From: Eledone cirrhosa
Taxonomy: Eukaryota
Direction of reading: 5' to 3'
Length of the DNA: 64,000 bases
NCBI GenBank assembly: GCA_964016885.1
Contig: OZ024745.1
Location: 36,518,001 to 36,582,000 of the forward strand
Shown: in pieces, positions 54,167 to 64,000 of the stretch
Numbering within the stretch: the first letter of the stretch is position 1
Layout: every line of letters starts with the position of its first letter
Made by a program: the position numbers and the translations under genes
Notes under the pieces: generated by a model
The model's input: only the letters and a program-made list of their open reading frames with translations
What the model was told of the DNA's origin: nothing
Database searches by the model: none

Positions 54167-54490
54167 GTGTATTTTGCAATACACTGTATGCTTAATTAAA
54201 AGCATTTCGAAGACCTTATGCTATTGTTTTAGAGTAGTGATAGTCTCACTTACTTTAATTTTCAGCAAACAGGGGAGATAAGTATCTATGGATTCTCTGT
54301 AATAAGTGAGTGAAGAAGCATGTGGCATCCCAGATGAAGGGCCTACCCCTGCGGAACAGAAAGTTTGTCACTCCGTCCCCTAGATCCAGCCCTTAAGTGA
54401 GACTATCACTACTCTAAAACAATAGGATAAGGTCTTCGAAATGCTTTTAATTAAGCATACAGTGTATTGCAAAATACACTATATATACAT
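54156..54490. repeat. Inverted repeat with 97-bp arms (54156-54252 / 54394-54490) and a 141-bp spacer
   Basis: atgtatatatagtgtattttgcaatacactg...gtctcactta is the reverse complement of taagtgagac...aaatacactatatatacat, with about one mismatch. Confidence 0.93.
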
Positions 54491-55055
54491 TCATATATAT
54501 ATATAGCTATTTCAGAGCACCAATTCTAATATATATATATATATATAAAAGTATATATACATATATATATATTGAGAGAGAGGGGAGGAGAGAGAGACAG
54601 GCAGACAGAGTATGGGATAAAATGTTTTTGCGCCATTTGATCTAAATTTCACTGCTCAGAGATCAAATCACACTGAGATCTAATTTGCTATGCATCCTTT
54701 TGAATAAATAGTATCAGTTCAATGCTGTGAACCATACCTACTCCATTTTATGTTCTCACTATCCCTCTCTTTCTTCTTCTTCGTCTCCACCTCTTCCTTA
54801 GGAAGAATTCAGCAGAATTTAGAATTTGAAATGGGCTGGGCTCCGCCTGGTTTAAATACACAAGTGGACAAAGAGGCGACCCATAGAAGAGACCATATAT
54901 ACACACACATATATATATATATATATACCCACCACACACACACACATACACACACACACTCAAGCGTGTAACTAATATTAACATTTTGTACTTCCTCTTC
55001 GCTTCCACGTTGTTTTTTTTGTTTACAGTTTCAACTATAATATATATTTATATAT

Positions 55056-55104
<49 letters not shown>

Positions 55105-55368
55105 GAGAGAGAGAAAGTGGAATTGGAAACAGCACGGAAAATATATAAAGGGATCTGTTTTTCTTTTTTACTTCTTTGATCCGTCAAAGTGACACACACA
55201 CATACCCACACACACACACAATCACACACACACAATCACACACACATATACACACATACACACTCATATATATATATGTTTATATAGTTTTGATAGGAAA
55301 GAGAAACGTATTCGTATATACGTATATGTATGTTTTATATTTGCCTTTATTGCTGGCCGTTGTCCATT

Positions 55369-55554
55369 GGTGGATTGGCAGTATCGGTAGAGGGTCGGAC
55401 GCCATGCTTTCCAGCATAGTTACGTCCCTTTACGATCTGAGTTCAAATTACCGCCGAGGTTGACTTTGCCTTTCATCCTTACGGGGTCGATAAAATAAAG
55501 TACCAGTAATGCACTGGGTAATTGCTGGCCTTGTGCTTAAAGTAGAAACAATTA
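55369..55554 (+). mobile_element. SINE (family A), full length
   Basis: Same head, core and tail as 24511-24698. Confidence 0.92.
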
Positions 55555-55572
55555 TATTTTATAATAATAAGA

Positions 55573-55762
55573 CGGTGGATTGGCAGTATCGGTAGAGAGT
55601 CGGACGCCATGCTTTGCGGCAAAGAGTTACGGCCCTTTATGGTCTGAGTTCAAATCCCGCCGAGGTTAACTTTGCCTTTCATCCTTATGGGGTCGATAAA
55701 ATAAAGTACCAGTAATACACTGAGATAATTGCTGGCCTTGTGCCAAAAGTAGAAACAATTAT
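55573..55762 (+). mobile_element. SINE (family A), full length, tandem to the previous copy
   Basis: Begins ~18 bp after the tail of the 55369 copy and is followed by (AAT)n. Confidence 0.92.
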
Positions 55763-56676
55763 ATCTTATAATAATAATCTTAATAATAATCATAATAATA
55801 ATAATAATAACATGAACAATAATAATAATAATAATGTTATATATATACTTATATATATGTATTCATGTGTGTAAGTGTGTGTGTGCCAAGAATTCTCAAG
55901 CTCATGTGTTTCTACAATCAGATACAACGAACCATTCGATAGATATAACAGGATATTGTATAAGTGCAAAGACACAGAACTTTTAGATATACATAGATAT
56001 ATATATACATTATTTATAAATATCTCTGGAGATATAACTGAGATGAAGAAAATAGGTGTTAATGTAAGCTTTTATTCTCGGATACGAGTATATAGATTTA
56101 TTTCTACATACTGGAATGCAGCTAAATTGAAGATTTCCATTGGCTTTATTCTTCGTATTTCATTTATCGACTTTCATATCTTCTGAATCTCCGGACATAT
56201 ATATATATACATATATACATATATACATATATACATATATACATATATATACACATAGGATGCCGTGAAAACATGAGCTTCTTAGCAATAGTGCTAATTA
56301 TGTTATTGAAAAATGTCTGGACCTTTCGTACACGTTTCGCTATTTTGAGTGTATTAAGACACTTAACAGGCATTTTCCAATTGTCTACTGCAGTAGAATC
56401 CACGTCAGCAGCTTCCAGCTCTCTAGGACCTTTGACAACAAACAACTGTGCAACTTTCAGTAAGTGACCATCTTCAAATCACTATTTTCTGCCTTTATTT
56501 CAGTGTACTTTCTCATTTGCTGAGTTAGCATGATGTCTGTCATCGTTTATCTGAAAAGAGATGATTACCAGAACAAGTTAGAAAAGAGTTATAGCTATTA
56601 AAAGTACCCTCAAAGAACTGAGCAACCCTGTATATATATATGTGTGTGTGTCTGTGTGCGTGCGTGTGTGTGTATG

Positions 56677-56711
<35 letters not shown>

Positions 56712-56945
56712 AAAGCAAACAATACTGTAAAATAAAGATATACATTATTTAACGTTTGATATAGTAGGAAAAGTGTGTTAAAATATTTCTGAAGCTAGTC
56801 CTTCATTAGAAGATAACATGAGAAATAAAAGAAGAAATAGAAAAATGGAGAGCGGTAAGAAGAGAGAAATGGAAAAATATTTTTTGGAAAAAAACGCATG
56901 AGTTCTATCAGCCAGTATATATATATATGTGTGAATGTGTGTACT

Positions 56946-56986
<41 letters not shown>

Positions 56987-57155
56987 GTGTCTATGTATAT
57001 ATATATATATGTGTGTGTGTCTGTGTGTATGTATGTATATATTTGTATGCAAACATGTATGTTTGTGAATGTGTATATTTATATGTAAACCTATGTGTAT
57101 GAGCATCATGCATATATATATATACATATATATATATATACATATATATATATAC

Positions 57156-57202
<47 letters not shown>

Positions 57203-57206
57203 TATA

Positions 57207-57304
<98 letters not shown>

Positions 57305-57489
57305 CAGCAAATCGTATTTATTTATCTCCACTATTTATTTATACCTTACTTACGTTAAACCGGTGATAGCAGAGTGTTAGATATTGAGCTGGAAATGCCG
57401 TTTAATATTTATCTCAACTTCGGATTATTCCTTCTCTGATTTGACTATTCTTTTCATCATTCCTTCTCTCTCTCACACACACACACACA

Positions 57490-57569
<80 letters not shown>

Positions 57570-58028
57570 GTATATATATATGATTCCCTTCCTGTCTGCA
57601 TATCTCTTTCACTCTGTCCATTTGTCCTCTCCCATTCTCTCATTCCTTCTCTATATCTCACCTTTCCTGTATAAATGTTTCTTTCTCTTTGTCTCGCTGC
57701 TGGCCCTAAGTCTTACATTCTCCGTCTATCTTTCAATCCTTCCTTCTATACTTGACCGTTTGTCTCACTGTCCCCATCACTCTCCGGCTCGCACAGTTTC
57801 TCTGGTGATACACGAGTCAAAAAGAATGAACCAAAGAAAAACATTCAAGAGGCGAGAAAGAATTGCTATAGTGGAAAGCTACCTTGTAGCCATATGATAC
57901 GTCACAAGCTTAAATTGATATATTCATTTAAACAGGTGCAATCTAAGTGTGTATGTGTATGAGCGTGCGTGTGTTTGTGAGTGTGCGTGTGTGTGTGTGC
58001 GTGCATTTGTGTGCGTATGTGTGTGTAC

Positions 58029-58199
<171 letters not shown>

Positions 58200-58419
58200 T
58201 TATTTTGGATGGTTGAAATAAACATTAGATTTTTATAATTGTTATCATTAATTTTGTTTAATCGCCCTTATTCAATATTCTGCTGTTGTTATTCTTCTGG
58301 TGATTGTTGCTGTTGTTGATAGTGGGAGTGTCGGTCTTGTATTGCTACTATCGTTTGCCGTTCTTGAATGATAGGTTTTCTGATATTGTTGCCTAAAGCC
58401 AGTCTCGAGTCCGGAGGCT

Positions 58420-58665
58420 AATCAATCCGGGGCTTATACAAGTTTGCGTGCCATTAAGTGACTGAGTGTACAATACTTCACCCTGAACAAGACACCAGTC
58501 CATTGCAACATTATATCCCCCGCTGCTGCTGGTGCTCATTTTTAGCTTAGAAGACTAGAGAAACGTGAAATAAAGTGTTTTGCTCAATAATGCAACACCC
58601 AACCCAGTCCAGGAATCGAACCTACGACATTATGATCATAAGTTCAACTCCTTAATACCCATACG
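58420..58665 (-). mobile_element. SINE (family B-related), decayed
   Basis: Minus strand ggttcgattcctggactggg...gagcaaaacactttatttcacg. Confidence 0.6.
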
Positions 58666-59516
58666 CATTTTTGACAGTATGTTGGTGATGATTTTGTGGT
58701 TTGTGTTGTTGATGGTGTTGACGTTAGTAAGGTTGTTTAACTCGTTTATGTTGTTGTTGCTGCTGTTGTTGTGGTTGGTGTTGTCGTTGTTGATATTGTT
58801 TATAGTGGTGGTGTTACTGCTTTTGTTACAGCCACTGTTGTAGTTGCTGCAGTTGCTGCTGTCTCTGTTGTTGCTATTGTCAGTGCTATTACTCTTGATG
58901 TTGATGACTTTATCGCTGGTGTTGCGCTGCTGTTGTTTTTATTGGGGGGTTGGGGGGGGGGGGGGGCTGTTGTATTGATTCTTGTTTCTTCAGCTGTTGT
59001 TTTTGTTGGTGTTTGTGTATGTGAGTGATTTTCGTTTTCTAATATTCACATCAGATTCTTAACCGAAGATATATAACTTCGCACATTTACAACGAAAGCA
59101 ATCTCATATTTATTTTCTATTTATTCTATTTGATAATTACATTTATTTATTTATTAATTTATGTTTTCGAATTTTATATCTAGGCCTCATTATTCATATC
59201 GAAATGAAGCTCCACAGACATTTAGACATTCGAGAGAACAAGGAAAGCAGCGTCATATGTATAGCTATGTGTATGCATGTATGTCTGTATGTCTGTATGT
59301 AGGTATGTATTTATATATATATATGTATATGTCTGTATGTATGTAAGCATGTATATATGTATATAGGTGTTTATGTATGTATGCATGTATGTATGCACGT
59401 GTGCATGTATGTTTATACAAATACCTCCAATTTAATATATACAATACCGACGTTATTTAGTTTGTAACCAGATAACAAGTAAATCGAAATGGAATTAATT
59501 CTACAAAATAGCTGTA

Positions 59517-59571
<55 letters not shown>

Positions 59572-59626
59572 CATACATACATACATACATACATACATAC
59601 ATACATACACAAACACAGACACACAG

Positions 59627-59788
<162 letters not shown>

Positions 59789-60699
59789 GGTGGAGTGAGA
59801 GAGATGGAGAGAAAGAAAATTATTATATCTTAAATGATTCATTCTCTTCATTAATATGATATTGACAATAATTCATTAATATCAAGTGCGCCAATAATAA
59901 AAACTATCCCCAATTGAGCTTACACTTTTTCTACCGAATAACGCAAAACCTCTGCATGATCTCTCAGTCTGCTAGAAATAGTAGTTCAATTTTTATTAAG
60001 AAATTCACACCATAATATCGCAACACTATAAGGCAATATTGTTAATAATTCTTTAAGTTTCATATACTGTGCTCTTACCTAAAGAACACAATAACATTTA
60101 CAATTTAAAAGGGTTCTAGGAATTATTTGCGTGTGAACTGCATTATTACATTGAAGAAATTACATATAATATGGTTTTACTTACCAATAAGTTTTTTTTC
60201 TTCATATTGATAATTTGGCACTATAGGGTTTTAAAATGTGAGGACGTATTGGATACTGCAGCTTTAGAATATAATAGGCATGATTCGAAAGTCTTTAATA
60301 ATAGCTTTAGATAATACGGTATGAGCTGAGACTAAACAATATCAAACCAAAATCTCCGCATAGTTCAGTATTAACTAAGGAAGTATTTATTCTATATTGC
60401 AAAATTGTAGACACACACGCCGTTTCAGTTCGCAATCAGGACAGAGATTACAGAAGCGATATTGACGGTGACTTAAAAGACTGTTATTTAAGCATAGATC
60501 TTCTAAACATACAAGGTTTATATATATATAATCCCGTAAATATAATTTGAGAGAAGAAATAAAACGTAATTTAATTTGGGGTCAACTACATAGTGGTTTA
60601 TTATCGTGCTGCTATTGGACATTTTGGAGAAAGAAAATAAATGAAATACCAAACTTCTGAGTTCCACTGAAATAGGAAATGGTGTAATACTACTAACAT

Positions 60700-60869
60700 T
60701 AATTGTTTCTACTTTTGGCACAAGGCCAATAATTACCCAGTGTATTACTGGTACTTTATTTTATCGACCCCGTAAGGATGGAAGGCAAAGTTAACCTCGG
60801 CGGGATTTGAACTCAGAATGGCAAGGGCCGTAACTCTATGCGTCAAAGCCTACCGATACTGCCAATCCA
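60700..60869 (-). mobile_element. SINE (family A) with small internal deletion
   Basis: Reverse complement of family A; head tggattggcagtatcggtagg. Confidence 0.88.
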
Positions 60870-62655
60870 ATGAGAGCAGGTGATAATAGTAACATTACTT
60901 TAAAGATAACTCCAATCATTTCTATAATATTTCCATCAATTAATTTTGTAAAATTAATAATGAGCGTATATATGGTAGTGAGGTTAATAACTTCGCTTTG
61001 CAGCCAGGTCATTTCAGTTTCAATCTGCCAGTGTAACACATTTGGCAAGTATCATTTATCATAGCGTTGTATTTACCTTTTGTATGCAATTTTGTAGCGG
61101 GTACCCTAGCGAGTACCCTAGACCTGCTGCGGTTTGAGGATAATTTGGAGATGCTAAAAGCAGAGGGAATTTCGCTAAAAGAACCTGAAAACTGTGTGGT
61201 GGCCTTATATAGAATGACGTGCTAAATATACTGCACAAGAACTCAGAAAGGAAACAAACGGAAAAAAAAAGAAAAGCATTGGTTGCTCTACCAATTCCCT
61301 CAGTCATTCATCTTGGATTGTTATTGTATTTTATCTACCCCGGAAGACTGAAACGCAATGTTTACATCAGAAATATATAGTTGATTTATTCAATCAAGTA
61401 AATTAGTGGTACATATTGACTACAGCATAGATAGAACAAATGTATAGCCGTCAAGGTAAGATGCGAACCTAGATAATGTGAAATACAAAGATGAATATGA
61501 TAAAGAATCTTGCCGGTTTAGCAGCATTACTACCATACATTATTGTAATATTGTCATTGTTGTATAGAATACAATGTTCGTTTTCTTTTCAGATATATCT
61601 TTTGTTGGCAAATATTTAGGTTCTTGTTGACCATTTTAGTTTCTGTTTACATTAATTTGATTATTACTTCAAAATTTGGTCATTTCTTTGTTTTATTTTC
61701 TTTTTAAAATTATTTTGTTTAGTCAGTAAAAATGGTTTTGCTTTTTTCCTTTTTTCTTTCGGTTTACCATCATTTTTGAAAACGTCTATCCAAATTAATT
61801 TTGACAGGAAAATCAACATTTTCATAATTGCTAGAAATAAAATACTTCAATATAGATTGAGTAATTATAGCAATTAATGTGTAGAAGAGTCCGCCACTAC
61901 AGAAAAGTGAATGTACTCAAAGCCTAACTGCCATTGAAGAGTTTGCCTTCGAATTATCGAGCAACTATACCCGACGTCGGCAAATCGAGCAAATTTAGAA
62001 TATTTCTTGAGAATGTCGTGCTCTTAGTACTACGGTGGAACCGGAATGGCATTTTAGACGCAGACTAGAATTGTATTGAATTAACCCTATCCCTAACACT
62101 AACTCTAAATCAAACCCTAACTGAATATGAAAGTTGATTGTAAACACACTCAGCCATGTTCGAAATTGGTGAGAGATACGGGCTGGATTCGCCTAATATA
62201 CCATTGCTGACATGAAGCACCCGCATTAGATTAACAAATACTCTATCCAGATACGTTTCTTGATAGAATATTTAAGTCAGTGGTCAGAAGTAGTGTAGTA
62301 TGTCTAGGTTTTAAACGATCGGTTATTGAAAAAAGTATGTGATTGGAACAGTCGATCTAGATAGGATATGTAGCAACAAGCCCTGTTTGTAGAAGCAGAA
62401 CGAGACATCAGATGGTTCCCAAAGCGAAAAATCTATAGTAACCGGATCAGCTAATTTGTTATGCCTATATAAGACGAATCATAAGCAGTGAATTGGAAGA
62501 GGAGTTAGAACGTCAGATAGAATGTTTTGCGGTATTCATTCTGAGGTCAATTTGACCCTTCATCCTTCCGAGGTCGATGAATAAAACACCAATCCACTAT
62601 TAGGATCTATTCTTCTTTTTTTCCCTTTCTTACATTACATCTTTCACTACCCCTC

Positions 62656-62686
<31 letters not shown>

Positions 62687-62954
62687 CACTCTCTCTCCCT
62701 ATCTCTCTCTATATCTATCTATCAATCTATCTATCTTTCTATCTATCTATTTCTTTCTCTTTCTTATCCTTTGATTCTTTCTCTCTCTGGAAAAAAATCA
62801 GCCAGCTTGAGACTTAAAGAAGGAGGGGCTCCGCAAAGTTTATTATGTTTATCATGACGGCGTCACTATGATTCCATCAAGAATTAAGGGCCAATGGATG
62901 GATAGAATGATAAATGGGTGAATGGCCTGATGGATTTATGGATGGATGTTTCAC

Positions 62955-63103
62955 ACTACTACTACTACTACTTTTACTACCACCACTGCTACTTTTACTA
63001 CCACTACCACTACTACGACTACTATTACTACTACTAATACTACTACCACCACCACCAACTGTACTACTACTACTACTAATAATACTACTACCAACACCAA
63101 CGG

Positions 63104-63155
<52 letters not shown>

Positions 63156-63214
63156 GCCACTGCCACTACTACGGCTAATAATATTACTACTAATATTACT
63201 ACCACCACCAATGG

Positions 63215-63262
<48 letters not shown>

Positions 63263-63450
63263 CACTACCACTACTACGACTACTAATACTACTACTAATA
63301 CTACTACTACCACTACCACTACTACCACTACTAATACTACTACTAATACTACTACCACTACTAATATTACTACCACTACCACTACTACGACAACTAATAC
63401 TACTACTAATACTACTACCAGCACCAACGGTACTACTACTACTACTACTG
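62955..63450. repeat. Compound (ACT/ACC/AAT)n trinucleotide repeat with higher-order units
   Basis: Directly visible; ccaa(c/t)ggtactact recurs three times. Confidence 0.95.
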
Positions 63451-63573
63451 GTAGGACGATTGACCGATGAGTCTGTAATATTTGAGTAGATTCCCTTAAA
63501 TTCTGATTTCATATTCTAACGGGTTCTATTGCTGTGTTGCATTCTTCCAGAATCAATGAGAATAGTACTAGTA

Positions 63574-64000
63574 AAACACTGTGGGCTGTTTCAGTAAATC
63601 GAATTTACATTCCACCAACTAGTGTATTATACAATCTTGTGGATTATAAAACAAACAGTAGAGAGTCTCGGAGAAAAGCGAAAGTTTCGAAGAAAAGAGA
63701 AAGTCTCGGAGAAAAGAGGAGAGTCTCGGAAAAAAGAGAAAGTCTCTGAGAAAAGAGAGAGTCTCGGAGAAAAGAGGAGAGTCTCGGAGAAAAGAGAAAG
63801 TCTCGGAGAAAAGAGAAAGTCTCGGAGAAAAGAGAGAGTCTCGGAGAAAAGAGGAGTGTCTCGAAGAAAAGAGAAAGTCTCGGAGAAAACAGGAAAGTCT
63901 CGGAGAAAAGAGGAGAGTCTCGGAGAAACACTGTGGGCTGTTTCAGTAAATCAAATTTACATTCCACCAACTAGTGTATTATACGATCTTGTGTACTATA
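63574..64000. repeat. Satellite-like unit (~352-bp period): 68-bp conserved block plus an 18-20-bp minisatellite
   Basis: aaacactgtgggctgtttcagtaaatc...attatac(a/g)atcttgtg at 63574 and 63926, enclosing ~13 copies of gagaaaagag(a/g)(a/g)agtctcg. Confidence 0.9.

Noticed and set aside
56230-57930. Tc1/mariner relic (tacagggt end at ~56630; MNQRKTFKRRERIAIVESYL at ~57826)
   Set aside because: Suggestive, but no matching TIR pair or catalytic motif could be confirmed by eye.
62082-62122. Telomere-like aaccct repeats
   Set aside because: Few and degenerate units; not a telomeric array.
62826-62850. gctccgcaaag match to the copy-2 leader motif
   Set aside because: Only an 11-nt match with no flanking similarity; likely chance.
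62877-63512. Ser-rich, Thr-rich (mucin-like), Leu-rich and Val-rich ORFs
   Set aside because: Overlapping open frames on both strands of an (ACT)n-type repeat; no unique domain or splice evidence.
63660-63925. CRISPR-like regular repeats
   Set aside because: Units are contiguous with no unique spacers, there are no cas genes, and the context is eukaryotic.

Overview
AT-rich, microsatellite-saturated eukaryotic (metazoan) non-coding DNA. The repeat landscape ((TA)n/(CA)n/(GA)n tracts, abundant tRNA-derived SINEs) resembles an octopus/cephalopod genome, which is an inference. I found no convincing host protein-coding exon, and most short ORFs in the track are microsatellite artefacts. The main content is as follows. 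(1) An ~11.7-kb array (37088-48833, minus strand) of three Tx1/L1-type non-LTR retrotransposons that appear joined head-to-tail, with each (TTA)n tail abutting the 5' end of the next copy. The two 5'-complete copies have near-identical ORF2/3'UTR but very different ORF1 and 5'UTR. (2) An internally deleted Chapaev3-like (RAG1/Transib-related) DNA transposon with CACCGTGTAACA TIRs and a TAA target duplication confirmed by a paralogous empty site. (3) Several hammerhead-ribozyme motifs of different sequence families, probably from Penelope-like pseudo-LTRs, one with an intact core and a large structured insert in stem II. (4) RTE and CR1/Jockey-group LINE relics, several SINE families, MITE/fold-back structures and satellites. 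All alignments were done by eye.
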